A stretch of 64,000 nt of DNA from Thermoanaerobaculia bacterium (GTDB lineage: Bacteria > Acidobacteriota > Thermoanaerobaculia > Multivoradales > Multivoraceae): contig OY762911.1 in the NCBI GenBank assembly GCA_963666565.1, forward strand, positions 3,232,001-3,296,000, given 5' to 3'. The notes under the pieces are model-generated. The model did not search any database, had not been told where the DNA came from, and saw only the letters and a list, made by a program, of their open reading frames with translations. Position numbers and translations under genes: made by a program. Of this stretch, positions 50,318 to 62,590 are shown piece by piece. Each line of letters opens with the position of its first letter. Within the stretch, counting starts at the first letter, position 1.

Positions 50318-51292
50318 CTACGTCCGCTGGCCGCGCGAGCGCGGCAGCGTCCGCGTCCGGAACACCCGCGCGTCCATGCCCGCCAGCGCCCGTTCGGCGC
50401 CGGGCCACTCGCCGATCGCGAACACGGCGCCGCCGCTGCCCGACACCTGCGGACCGCCCAGCCGGCGGGTCCGCCCGCGCCGCTCCAGGGCGCGGAGCAG
50501 ACGGTCGACCTCCGGGTGAAGCCGGCGCACGACCGGCGCCAGGTCGTTGCCCAGCACCCAGCCGGCCGCGTCGCCGCGGCGCGACGGCGGCGGCAACGGC
50601 GGGCAGTCGCCCCACCGGGTGCGCGGATCTTCCGACCCCACCGGGTGCGCGGGTCTTCCGACCCGCTGGGTGCGCGGGTCTTCCGACCCGCTACCGCCGG
50701 CGGCGACGCGCGGCGCTGACGCCGGAGTCCATGCCCGGTAGACCTCGGCGGTCGACACCTCGACCGCGGGCACGGCGAGGAGGACCGGCGTCTCGGGAAG
50801 ATCGTCCAGGGGCGTCACCTTCTCGCCCCGGCCGGTGGCGAGCGCCGTTCCGCCGGCCAGGAAGAACGGGACGTCGGAACCGACCGCCGCCGCGACCGCC
50901 CGCAGCCGTTCCCGGTCGAGCGGGTTCCCCAGGAAGCGCTGGAGCAACACCAGCGAGGCCGCCGCGTCGCTGCTGCCTCCGCCGAGCCCGCTGCCCGCCG
51001 GTATCCGCTTCTCCAGTGCGAAGCGGACGCCGCGGGCCGGTTCCCCGACCGCGGTGAAGAAGGCGCGCGCCGCCCTCAGCACGAGGTTCGAGCCGTCGGC
51101 CGGAGCGCCGCCGCCCGGCACGTCGATCCGGAGCGGCGCGGCCCCGGCCGTCCGATGCAGGGTCAGACGGTCGCACAGACCGATCGTCTGCAGGACGGTC
51201 GAGACCTCGTGGAATCCGTCGGGCCGGCGGCCGTGGACCCGGAGGCTGAGGTTCACCTTGGCCGGGCAGGAGATCGCGATCCGCGAGGGCAT
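50318..51292 (-). CDS. ispE: 4-diphosphocytidyl-2-C-methyl-D-erythritol kinase carrying an in-frame REP insertion
   Basis: PAKVNLSL, RRPDGFHE, KRIPAGSGLGGGSSDAAA, GSDVPFF, NDL, SGSG. Confidence 0.95.
   Translation of the reverse strand: MPSRIAISCPAKVNLSLRVHGRRPDGFHEVSTVLQTIGLCDRLTLHRTAGAAPLRIDVPGGGAPADGSNLVLRAARAFFTAVGEPARGVRFALEKRIPAGSGLGGGSSDAAASLVLLQRFLGNPLDRERLRAVAAAVGSDVPFFLAGGTALATGRGEKVTPLDDLPETPVLLAVPAVEVSTAEVYRAWTPASAPRVAAGGSGSEDPRTQRVGRPAHPVGSEDPRTRWGDCPPLPPPSRRGDAAGWVLGNDLAPVVRRLHPEVDRLLRALERRGRTRRLGGPQVSGSGGAVFAIGEWPGAERALAGMDARVFRTRTLPRSRGQRT
50611..50691 (-). repeat. three tandem REP-like cores inside ispE
   Basis: GGGTGCGCGG(G/A)TCTTCCGACCC x3. Confidence 0.9.
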
Positions 51293-52095
51293 CAGGCGTC
51301 CGGGCCGCAGCGTCCCGGCTGGAAGCCGCCGGGAACATCCGGCGGTGGAACCGGCCCGGTCAGCCCGGTCGCGGGACGCTGCTGGCGCCACCGGAGTTCG
51401 AGCCCGTCGTCGGACTCCACCAGCCGGGCCATGCCCTCGGCGTCCCGGGACCAGGAGGCCCGCTCCCGGCCGTCGCGCCACAGGGTCCAGCGGCTCGGCC
51501 CGCCGGCGGTGGACTCCGCCGTCCAGCGGCGCCCGCGGCGGTCCGCGAAGGCGAACTCGACCGGAGCGCCGCGCTCGCTGGCGGCGGTCGCCCTCTCCCA
51601 CGCTCCGGGGTCCGCCGGCGGCGCCGGCAGCCGCCGCATCAGCAGAGCCGCGACCGCGCCGGCCGGCACCGGACCCAGCGAGAGCGCGGGAACCTCGAGG
51701 TCTCCCGCGTAGCGGCAGAAGGTCCGTTCCCGCACCCAGAGAACGAGGGCGCTCCCGGCCTCCACGTTGAGGTCCCACCATCTTCGGCCGAGCCGGTCCG
51801 AGGCCGAGACGTGGAAGCGCTCCGGGTTCTCGAAGCGCAGGACGAGCCGGAGCGTGCCGTTGCCTTCCGGGCCGTCGTAGTGCATGCGGACGATGCGCTG
51901 GGTTCGCCACTCCGTCTCCGGAATCTCCCAGGGCGCCGCGACCGCCGGCAAGCCGCCGGCGCGGGCCGTTGGCCTGGCGTCGGCACGGGACGCTGCCTCG
52001 CCGCCCCTTCCGGGCGTCGCGCCTGCACCGGTGCTGGCGCAGCCCCAGTGCCAACAGGACAGACCGAGCAGAAGCAGCGGGAGCGACCGCCGCAT
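51292..52095 (-). CDS. lipoprotein in the lolB syntenic position
   Basis: MRRSLPLLLLGLSCWHWGC signal/lipobox; beta-rich; between TPR gene and ispE. Confidence 0.7.
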   Translation of the reverse strand: MRRSLPLLLLGLSCWHWGCASTGAGATPGRGGEAASRADARPTARAGGLPAVAAPWEIPETEWRTQRIVRMHYDGPEGNGTLRLVLRFENPERFHVSASDRLGRRWWDLNVEAGSALVLWVRERTFCRYAGDLEVPALSLGPVPAGAVAALLMRRLPAPPADPGAWERATAASERGAPVEFAFADRRGRRWTAESTAGGPSRWTLWRDGRERASWSRDAEGMARLVESDDGLELRWRQQRPATGLTGPVPPPDVPGGFQPGRCGPDA

Positions 52096-52114
52096 GGGGA
52101 TCGGGAGCGCCCGG

Positions 52115-54241
52115 TCAGCGCCGGGCAAGCTCGCCCAGCTTGCGGCGCACGGACTCCACGTTCTCCTCGTCGTTGAGCGCCAGCGCCTCTTCGTAGGCGT
52201 CCCGGGCGCGTCGGTCGTCGCCGAGGGCGACGTAGACGTCGCCCAGGTGTTCGAGGATGGTCGAGTCTCGCGGCACGAGTTGGTTGGCCCGCTCCAGGTG
52301 GCGGCGGGCCTGCTCGAACTCGCCGAGCCGGAACAGCGCCCAGCCCAGGGAGTCGACGAAGGCGCCGTTGTTCGGGTCGAGATCGACGGCGCGCCGGATG
52401 AGGTCCAGCGCCTGCTCCAGGTTCTCGCCGTTGTCCGCCCACATGTAGCCCAGGTAGTTCATCGCGAGGCTGTTGTCCGGCTGGAGCTCGAGTACCGACT
52501 GGAACTGATCGGCCGCCTCGTCGTAGCGGCGGCTCCGTTCGTAGGCCTCGCCCAGTTGGAAGCGGAGCGCCGCGAGCAGCGCGTCCCGCTCCACGTCCAG
52601 TCCGGTCTCGGCGCCGGCGTCGACTCTCGACAGCGCACGATGGAGGAAGGGAATGGCCTCGGCGAACCGTGCCTGCGCGCGGCAGAAATCGGCCACCAGC
52701 ATGAGCCGCCGGACGTCGCCGTTCGCGGTCAGGTCCTCGTACACCCGCAGGGCGAGCCGGTCGGCGTCCAGGCTGAAGTAGATCCGGGCCTTCTTCTCGA
52801 TCGCCTGGAACTCCGGTTCGCCCTCGTCGCCCGCCCGGAACAACCGTTCGTTGGCGACGATCTCCCGTCGCAGCATCGCCATGGCCCGGCGCTTCCTGCC
52901 GGCCTCGGCCAGGAGTTCGGCCTGGCTCAGCACGAGTTCGATGGATTCCCCCGCCCGCGCCTCCTCGGCCCGCAGCGCCTCGAGCGCCCGGTCGGTCTCG
53001 CCCAACTGGCGGAGCGCCTCCACCACCAGGCTGAGGCCGAGGTCCGCCGCCTGGGCGCCCCGCTGGCCGTTCCGGTCGGCGCCGTCGACCATCGTCCGGC
53101 CGAGCTCCAGGATGCGCCGCCACTCGCCCTCCTGCATCAGCAGTCCGACCAGTTCCCGGACGATCCGCGGGTCGCCGCCCGACTCCCGGCGCAGGTCCTC
53201 GAGCAGTTCGATCGCCTCCGGCCTCTCGCCGGACTCGGCCAGGATCTTCGCCTCCAGCAGGCGGGCCGGAGGGCTCGCGCGGGCAACGCGAGGCAGCGCG
53301 TGCAGGCGCCGCAGCGCCTCCGCGAGATCGTCGTCCCGCTGGCGCGGGGTCCGTCCCCGAGCCACGCCCCGGTTGTAGAACTCCTCGACCAGGGCGCCGC
53401 GCAGCCGGATGTCCTCCGGGTTCTCGGCGATCCCCTCCTCGAGCAGCTCGATCGCTCTCGTGTGATTGCCCTGCCGGCTCTGTCGCAGAGCCGCCTCCAT
53501 CCTGCCCTCCTGCGAGAACTGGAGCATCTCGTCCAGGAGTTCCTGCGCCCGGTCGTCGCGGCCGGCGCGCCGGAAGGCATCCACCAGCATGCTCTGAAGC
53601 TGCCGGTTCCCGTTGTGGTAACTGACCAGTTCCTCGAGCACGGAGGCGGCTTCGTCGAACTCCTCCCGTCTCTCGCGGATCCGGTAGAGCAGGATCATTC
53701 CCTGCATGTCGCCCGGCGCCAGCTCGCGGAGTTTCTCCAGGGCCTCGAGCGCCCGGTCGATGCCGCGGTCGCCGCCGCCGGCGCGGGGTTCGACCTGGGC
53801 GAGCGCGTAGGCGCGGAGCACGTCGACGTCGTCGGGCGCGAGGCGGTAGGCGGCCGCGGCATGTTCGGCCGCGTCCTCGAAGCGGCCCTGTCCGGCCAGG
53901 AACTCGGCGAGGCCGAGGCGAAGGAACGGCGCCTCCGGATCGGCCGCCGCGGCGCGCTCGAACAGGTCGAGCGCCTCTTCCTCCCGGCCCGGTTCGGCGG
54001 CCGTCATCCTCGCCGCGGCAAAGAGATAGGGGCCGCTCTCGGACGCTGGCGCGCCACCGGCTGCGCGGGTCTTCCGACCCGCTTCCGCCGAAGGCGGCGA
54101 GGAAACGGGCGGCGCGCCGGCGGCTTCCTGCGCCGGCGCCGCCTCTACTCCGAAACAGCAAATGACGATCGCGGACACCGCCGTCGCGCCGCGCGGAGCG
54201 CGGACGATGGGCGATCGGCTGCCGGGGCGCGGGCGGAACAT
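52115..54241 (-). CDS. tetratricopeptide repeat protein
   Basis: Multiple TPRs; C-terminal NYLGYMWAD, DSLGWALF, EHLGDVY. Confidence 0.93.
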   Translation of the reverse strand: MFRPRPGSRSPIVRAPRGATAVSAIVICCFGVEAAPAQEAAGAPPVSSPPSAEAGRKTRAAGGAPASESGPYLFAAARMTAAEPGREEEALDLFERAAAADPEAPFLRLGLAEFLAGQGRFEDAAEHAAAAYRLAPDDVDVLRAYALAQVEPRAGGGDRGIDRALEALEKLRELAPGDMQGMILLYRIRERREEFDEAASVLEELVSYHNGNRQLQSMLVDAFRRAGRDDRAQELLDEMLQFSQEGRMEAALRQSRQGNHTRAIELLEEGIAENPEDIRLRGALVEEFYNRGVARGRTPRQRDDDLAEALRRLHALPRVARASPPARLLEAKILAESGERPEAIELLEDLRRESGGDPRIVRELVGLLMQEGEWRRILELGRTMVDGADRNGQRGAQAADLGLSLVVEALRQLGETDRALEALRAEEARAGESIELVLSQAELLAEAGRKRRAMAMLRREIVANERLFRAGDEGEPEFQAIEKKARIYFSLDADRLALRVYEDLTANGDVRRLMLVADFCRAQARFAEAIPFLHRALSRVDAGAETGLDVERDALLAALRFQLGEAYERSRRYDEAADQFQSVLELQPDNSLAMNYLGYMWADNGENLEQALDLIRRAVDLDPNNGAFVDSLGWALFRLGEFEQARRHLERANQLVPRDSTILEHLGDVYVALGDDRRARDAYEEALALNDEENVESVRRKLGELARR
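54056..54095 (-). repeat. REP-like copy within the 5' part of the TPR gene
   Basis: GCCTTCGGCGGAAGCGGGTCGGAAGACCCGCGCAGCCGG on the minus strand. Confidence 0.8.
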
Positions 54242-54389
54242 CGGACGCGAAGGGTAACACTCCCGCGGTCCCGCCTCGGGCACGCCGACCCCTTTACCGG
54301 CGCCGCCGGCCGGGCTAGAATCGGCGATTCACGCGCGAGCCGCGCGCCGATTCGCGGCGGCCGTCGGATTCAGGGAGGAGGCGCTGCAG

Positions 54390-54656
54390 ATGATCAAGGC
54401 GGACATCGTCAACCGGGTCGCCGAGAACTCCGATCTTCCCCGGGTCAAGGCGGCGCGAGCGGTCGACACGATCCTGGGCGCGATGAAGGACGCTCTCGGC
54501 GACGGCAGGCGCATCGAGCTGCGGGGCTTCGGCGTCTTCCAGGTGCGCGACCGGAAGCGCGGCGTCGGCCGCAATCCGAAGACCGGCGTCGAGGTGACGA
54601 TCTCGCCCGGCAAGACGGTCCGCTTCAAGCCCGGCAAGGAACTGAAGAACCTGTAG
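54390..54656 (+). CDS. HU/IHF family DNA-binding protein
   Basis: MIKADIV, IELRGFGVF, GRNPKTG, VRFKPGKEL. Confidence 0.96.
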   Translation: MIKADIVNRVAENSDLPRVKAARAVDTILGAMKDALGDGRRIELRGFGVFQVRDRKRGVGRNPKTGVEVTISPGKTVRFKPGKELKNL

Positions 54657-54721
54657 CCGCTGGGCGCGCGGGTCCTCCGAGCCGAAGCCGCCGGAGGCCG
54701 GCCGGATGCTCGCGCCGGCCG

Positions 54722-55201
54722 TCAACCGGGCGCCGCTCTGGCGGCGGGTTCCGCCGCCGGCTGACGAAAGTCCAGCACGAAGGTGACCGGTCCGTCGTTC
54801 ACCAGGTCCACCCGCATCCGCGCACCGAACCGTCCGCCCTCCACCTGAACGCCCGCGGCTTCGAGCAAACGGCGCAGTTCCCCGAGCAACGGCTCCGCCG
54901 CGTCCGGCGGCGCCGCCCGGTCGAAGGACGGGCGCCTCCCCTTGCGGGTCGAGGCGGCCAGGGTGAACTGCGACACGAGGAGGATCGCTCCGCCCGACTG
55001 GCGCACGTCGAGGTTCATCCGGCCCCGTTCGTCGTCGAAGAACCGGAGCCCGGCCAGCTTCGACGCGGCCGCCTTCGCCTGGTTCGGGCCGTCGCCGGAT
55101 TCCACGCCGGCCAGGACCAGCATGCCGGCGCCGATCCGGCCCACCGTCCGGCCGTCGACCGCGACCTCGGCCCTCGCCACCCGCTGCACGACCAGGCGCA
55201 T
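54722..55201 (-). CDS. dtd: D-aminoacyl-tRNA deacylase
   Basis: MRLVVQRV, SQFTL, KGRRPSF, NDGPVT. Confidence 0.97.
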   Translation of the reverse strand: MRLVVQRVARAEVAVDGRTVGRIGAGMLVLAGVESGDGPNQAKAAASKLAGLRFFDDERGRMNLDVRQSGGAILLVSQFTLAASTRKGRRPSFDRAAPPDAAEPLLGELRRLLEAAGVQVEGGRFGARMRVDLVNDGPVTFVLDFRQPAAEPAARAAPG

Positions 55202-55372
55202 GTCCCGGACGATAGCTCCGATCGCCCGCCGGGGTTACGATGGACGGTCCAGGCCGGCGGCGCGCCCGGTCGCCGCGACGCGGTCCCGGGCGCTGGCGCC
55301 GGCCGGCGAATGCGAGCTACCAACAGCGGGGCGGCGCCGCGCCGCCCCGAGCCATCCTGAAAGGACGAATCC

Positions 55373-55813
55373 ATGTTGAACAAGGTGATCCTCATCGGCA
55401 ATCTCGGACGGGACCCGGAGGTCCGAACCACCCAATCCGGCCAGTCGGTCGCGAACTTCAGCGTCGCCACGACCCGCCGCTGGCGCGACCGCGACGGCAA
55501 CCGGCAGGAAGAGACGGAGTGGCACTACATCGTCTGCTGGGGCCGGCAGGCCGAGATCGCCGGCCAGTACCTGACCAGGGGCCGCCTGGTCTCGGTCGAG
55601 GGGCGGCTGCAGACCCGCTCCTGGGACGACCAGCAGACCGGCCAGAAGCGCTACCGCACGGAAGTCATCTGCGACAACTTCCAGATGCTGGGCGGCCGCG
55701 GCGACAGTTCGGGACAGGGCTATGGCGGACGCGGCCGGCAGGAGGCCGCCCAGCCGGCGCCGCAGGACCAGGGCTTCGACGCCGGCGAACAGGACGACGA
55801 CATCCCGTTCTAG
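55373..55813 (+). CDS. ssb: single-stranded DNA-binding protein
   Basis: [29 protein letters not shown]. Confidence 0.98.
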   Translation: MLNKVILIGNLGRDPEVRTTQSGQSVANFSVATTRRWRDRDGNRQEETEWHYIVCWGRQAEIAGQYLTRGRLVSVEGRLQTRSWDDQQTGQKRYRTEVICDNFQMLGGRGDSSGQGYGGRGRQEAAQPAPQDQGFDAGEQDDDIPF

Positions 55814-56023
55814 GCGCCTGCGCCGCGGAACGCCGCGAAGCAAGTCTGAGGCGCAGGCGCCGCCGTGCGGACGGGATGGGCCGAAACACCGAGTCCGCGA
55901 GGGGTTTCGGGGCGCTAGGCGCCTGCGCCGCGGAACGCCGCGAAGCAAGTCTGAGGCGCAGGCGCCGCCGTGCGGACGGGATGGGCCGAAACACCGAGTC
56001 CGCGAGGGGTTTCGGGGCGCTAG
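55810..56023. repeat. two identical tandem 105-bp structured units bounded by CTAG
   Basis: CTAGG at 55810, 55915, 56020; each unit has two hairpins. Confidence 0.93.
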
Positions 56024-56052
56024 GAGCTTGCGCCGCGCACCCGGCAGGCGAG

Positions 56053-58776
<2,724 letters not shown>

Positions 58777-58803
58777 GGACGGCCGCCAGTATAGTGAGCC
58801 GCG

Positions 58804-59526
58804 ATGCACTGGCAGAAGCCGCTGCTCGCGTTCGACACCGGTTCGCCCGTCGTCAGCGTGGCGCTCGCCCTGCCCGACCGGGTCGCCACCCTGACCGCGC
58901 CCCAGGGACGCTCGTCGCGCGAACTGATCGCGATGATCGACGAACTGCTGACCGGCGCGGGGCTCGATGTCCGGGAACTCGGCGGCATCGGCGCCGCCAG
59001 TGGGCCGGGCAGCTTCACCGGCCTGAGAGTCGGCCTCGCGACGGCCCTCGGCCTGCACCAGGCCGCCGGGGCGCCCGCGGGCGCCGTGTCCACGTTCGAG
59101 ATCCTGGCCGCGCACTACGCCGGGAACGCCGCCGAGCCGGCGCCGGCGGTCCGGGCGGCGGTCGACGCCCACCGGGACCGCTGGTTCGCGCAGGCGGTGC
59201 GCCTCGCGCCCGGCGGCGCGATCCGGGAGGAATCGCCGCCGGAAATCCTGAGCCGGGCCGACCTGGAAGCCAGCGACCTCCCCGTCGTCGGTCACGGAGT
59301 CGCTTCGCTGGCCGTTCCCGCCGGCGCGGTCGAGGCCGCGGATCTGGCCCCGACGCTGCTGCGGCGGATGGCGGACGGCGGACTGGCCTGGGACGCCTCG
59401 ACGCTCGTCGAGCCTCTCTACCTGCGGCCGCCGGCGACGAGCGCTCCCAGGCGGGCGCCGGGCAGCCCGCGTCCGGGCCGGCGCCGGGGCGCTGGACGAT
59501 CGCCGCTGGTGCGCGAGCCGGGCTGA
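58804..59526 (+). CDS. tsaB: tRNA threonylcarbamoyladenosine biosynthesis protein TsaB
   Basis: LAFDT, GPGSFTGLRVG, EPLYLR. Confidence 0.93.
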   Translation: MHWQKPLLAFDTGSPVVSVALALPDRVATLTAPQGRSSRELIAMIDELLTGAGLDVRELGGIGAASGPGSFTGLRVGLATALGLHQAAGAPAGAVSTFEILAAHYAGNAAEPAPAVRAAVDAHRDRWFAQAVRLAPGGAIREESPPEILSRADLEASDLPVVGHGVASLAVPAGAVEAADLAPTLLRRMADGGLAWDASTLVEPLYLRPPATSAPRRAPGSPRPGRRRGAGRSPLVREPG

Positions 59527-59528
59527 GC

Positions 59529-59559
59529 CGGAAGCGGGTCGGAAGACCCGCGCACCCGG
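59529..59559 (+). repeat. REP-like palindrome copy
   Basis: GAAGCGGGTCGGAAGACCCGCGCACCCGG. Confidence 0.88.
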
Positions 59560-59629
59560 TCCAAGCTGCTAATCTTCCAACGGCCATGCCGAAGGCCGCG
59601 GAACGACCACGGAAGGAGGCGCGCACCGA

Positions 59630-59857
59630 ATGAGCGATGACGCAGTCAAGGAAGAACTTCTGGCACAGGAGGGCGAGTTCAGGAAGCTCTACGAGGAGCA
59701 TCAGGCATGCGAGAGTCAACTGGAGGAACTCGTCGGCCGCCCCGTCCTCTCGCCGACGGACCACTCCGAGGCCAAGCGCATCAAGCTCCACAAGCTCGCT
59801 CTCAAGGACCGGATGGAGTCGATCATCCGGTCCCACGGCCTCCAGGCGGCCAGGTAG
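59630..59857 (+). CDS. DUF465/YdcH-like small coiled-coil protein
   Basis: FRKLYEEH..KLHKLALKDRM; GGAGG SD. Confidence 0.8.
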   Translation: MSDDAVKEELLAQEGEFRKLYEEHQACESQLEELVGRPVLSPTDHSEAKRIKLHKLALKDRMESIIRSHGLQAAR

Positions 59858-59947
59858 GCGCGGCGCGGCCGCTCGCTCTCCCGCCGTCGCGTTCCCGCCC
59901 CTGCGAACCCCGATGGCGAGACCGTCAGCGGCGTCGCGCCTGAACGC

Positions 59948-60664
59948 ATGAGATTCGCCCGGGAGGCCTGGCCCTTCGTGCTGCCGTTCCTGGCCGCGGC
60001 GGCCGTGTTCTGGCCGCTGGGCTGGCAGGTCGCCGCAGGCGCGGCGGCGCTCCTCGGCGTCCTCGTGCTGCTCTTCTTCCGGGATCCCCGGCGCAACTAC
60101 GAGGGTCCCCCCGACGTCGTCCTTTCGCCCGCCGAGGGTACGGTCACCGCGGTGGAGGTGATCACCGACAGCGCCCTCGGCGAAGAGACGTGGCGGCGCA
60201 TCTCCATCTTCCTGTCCGTCTTCAACGTCCATACCCAGAAGACCCCGGTCGAGGGCGTGGTGATCGGCAGCATCGCGACGCCGGGAAAGAAGCTGCCGGC
60301 GTTCCGCAAGGAGGCGGGCGACGTGAACGAGAACCACCTCACGCTGCTGCGGAGGTCCCGGGGCGACCTGATCGCGGTGCGGCAGATCGCGGGCCTGGTG
60401 GCGAGGCGGGTCGTTTCCCAGCTCCGGGCCGGTCAGCGTGTGGTCCAGGGCGAACCGCTGGGCCTGATCAAGTTCGGCTCGCGGGTCGACGTGTTCGTGC
60501 CCCTCTCGTACGACCCCCTGGTCGAGAAGGGCCAGCGCGTGATCTCGGCCGAGACGCCGATCGCCATGCCGACCGATCCCTCGACTCCGCCGCCGGAGGA
60601 CTTCCCGGTCCGCAGGCCTGCGGTTCGGAAGGGGGACGGCGCTCCCGGGGAGGACGGCCGGTGA
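59948..60664 (+). CDS. psd: phosphatidylserine decarboxylase proenzyme
   Basis: [38 protein letters not shown]. Confidence 0.95.
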   Translation: MRFAREAWPFVLPFLAAAAVFWPLGWQVAAGAAALLGVLVLLFFRDPRRNYEGPPDVVLSPAEGTVTAVEVITDSALGEETWRRISIFLSVFNVHTQKTPVEGVVIGSIATPGKKLPAFRKEAGDVNENHLTLLRRSRGDLIAVRQIAGLVARRVVSQLRAGQRVVQGEPLGLIKFGSRVDVFVPLSYDPLVEKGQRVISAETPIAMPTDPSTPPPEDFPVRRPAVRKGDGAPGEDGR

Positions 60665-61431
60665 ACTGGAAGAAGAGCAAGCCGAGGCCGCTGCGGGCGG
60701 GGGCCTACGTGATTCCCAGCCTGTTCACCACGGCGAACATGCTGCTGGGCTTCTATGCCCTGCTGGCCGGGCTCGAGGGACAGTTCCGGACCGCCGTGCT
60801 CATGCTGTTCGCCGCCGCCTGCCTGGACACCCTGGACGGACGGATCGCCCGCCTGACCGGCACCGCCAGCCCGTTCGGCCGCGAGTACGACTCGCTGGCC
60901 GACCTGGTGTCGTTCGGGCTCGCGCCGGCGCTGCTCTGCTACCTCTGGGGCCTCCACGAACTGGGCCGCGTCGGCTTCGCGGCGCCCGCGGTCTATCTCC
61001 TCTGCAACGCGGCCCGGCTCGCCCGCTTCAACGTCAGCCTCCGCCAGGCCGACCCGGCCTGGTTCGTCGGCCTGCCGGCGCCGGCCGCCGCCGGCGCCAT
61101 CGGTTCCATCCTCTTCTTCGTCGACACCCGCGGCGATTCGTTCGTGCTCCAGATCGTCGTCCTGTCGGCGCTTGTCGTCGTCGGCCTGCTTGCCGTCTCC
61201 ACGTTCCGCTACGTCAGCTTCAAGGAGATCGACTTCCGGCGCCGGCGGAGCTTCCGCGTCGTGCTGGTGATCGCCTCGATCGCGGTGCTCGCCCTGATCC
61301 ACATCGGCCTCTTCTTCCTGATCGGCGCCGCCAGCTACGCGCTGTCCGGGCCGACCGCGTGGGTCGTCCGCCGGCTGAAGCGGCGACGGCGGGCGATCCG
61401 CCTCCGCGCTGCTACGCTCCGCGGCCGATGA
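60661..61431 (+). CDS. pssA: CDP-diacylglycerol--serine O-phosphatidyltransferase
   Basis: [40 protein letters not shown]. Confidence 0.95.
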   Translation: MNWKKSKPRPLRAGAYVIPSLFTTANMLLGFYALLAGLEGQFRTAVLMLFAAACLDTLDGRIARLTGTASPFGREYDSLADLVSFGLAPALLCYLWGLHELGRVGFAAPAVYLLCNAARLARFNVSLRQADPAWFVGLPAPAAAGAIGSILFFVDTRGDSFVLQIVVLSALVVVGLLAVSTFRYVSFKEIDFRRRRSFRVVLVIASIAVLALIHIGLFFLIGAASYALSGPTAWVVRRLKRRRRAIRLRAATLRGR

Positions 61432-62381
61432 CGACCGCTCCATCCGCTTCTCCGGACCGCCATCGGCTGACGATCCTCGGCTCCGGACCGGCCGGCCTCA
61501 CCGCCGCCCTCTACGCGGCGCGCGCCGACCTCTCGCCCCTGGTGCTGGAAGGCAGCCAGCCCGGCGGCCAGTTGACGATCACGACCGACGTCGAGAACTA
61601 CCCGGGGTTCCGGGACGGGATCATGGGCCCGGAGCTGATCGACCGGATGCGGGCGCAGGCGCAGCGTTTCGGGGCCGACGCCCGCTTCGAGACGGGTCTG
61701 GCCGTGGACCTGAGCGAGCGCCCGTTCCGGCTCGAGACGGACGGCGGCGAGTACCGGACGGACGCGCTGATCGTCGCCACCGGCGCCTCGGCCCGCCAAC
61801 TCGGCCTGCCCTCGGAGGCCGAGTTGATGGGCTACGGCGTCTCGGCCTGCGCCACCTGCGACGGATTCTTCTTCCGCGACAAGGAACTCGTCGTCGTCGG
61901 CGGCGGCGACACGGCGATGGAGGAAGCCACCTTCCTGACCAAGTTCGCGAGCAAGGTGACGATCGTCCATCGCCGCGGCGAGTTGCGGGCCTCGGTCATC
62001 ATGCGCGAGCGCGCGGCCGCGAACGAGAAGATCGAGTGGCGGTTCCACGCCACCGTCGAGGAGATCCACGGCACCCAGGCCGACGGCGTCCACGGCGTCC
62101 GCCTGCGCGACCCCCGCAGCGGCGAGGAATCGGACTTCCCCTGCCAGGGCGTCTTCATGGCGATCGGCCACAACCCGAACACCGAACTGTTCCGGGGCCT
62201 TCTGGACATGGACGACGTCGGATACCTCAAGGTCGCCCATCCCGGCACCGCCACCAACGTCGAGGGCGTGTTCGCCTGCGGCGACGTGATGGACCCGATC
62301 TACCGGCAGGCGGTCACCGCCGCCGGCACCGGCTGCCAGGCGGCGATCGACGCGGAACGCTGGCTGAGCGAGGCCCACTGA
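61428..62381 (+). CDS. trxB: thioredoxin reductase
   Basis: [42 protein letters not shown]. Confidence 0.97.
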   Translation: MTTAPSASPDRHRLTILGSGPAGLTAALYAARADLSPLVLEGSQPGGQLTITTDVENYPGFRDGIMGPELIDRMRAQAQRFGADARFETGLAVDLSERPFRLETDGGEYRTDALIVATGASARQLGLPSEAELMGYGVSACATCDGFFFRDKELVVVGGGDTAMEEATFLTKFASKVTIVHRRGELRASVIMRERAAANEKIEWRFHATVEEIHGTQADGVHGVRLRDPRSGEESDFPCQGVFMAIGHNPNTELFRGLLDMDDVGYLKVAHPGTATNVEGVFACGDVMDPIYRQAVTAAGTGCQAAIDAERWLSEAH

Positions 62382-62590
62382 CGGCCGAGGGGAGCACGCG
62401 GCGTCGCGGCGTTGGACGGCGGCCATCGCGGCCGGCGACCCCCGGCCGCCCGGGCACGGCCCCGCGGGCGTTGCCGCCGGCAGCCGCCGTCGAGGCCGGC
62501 GAGCCCCGGCAGGCGGAGACGCGCCGGTTCGCGTAGACTGCCCGCCGCCACCACCGAGAAGAACGGGACCGACGAGAACGGGGAACGCGG

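Noticed and set aside
55810-56023. Hammerhead ribozyme (CTGA...GAAAC)
   Set aside because: Core reads CTGAGGC rather than CUGANGA and stems I-III cannot be arranged properly.
58777-59295. N-terminal extension of MutS to 1080 aa
   Set aside because: Antisense to tsaB; MutS homology starts near 58690.
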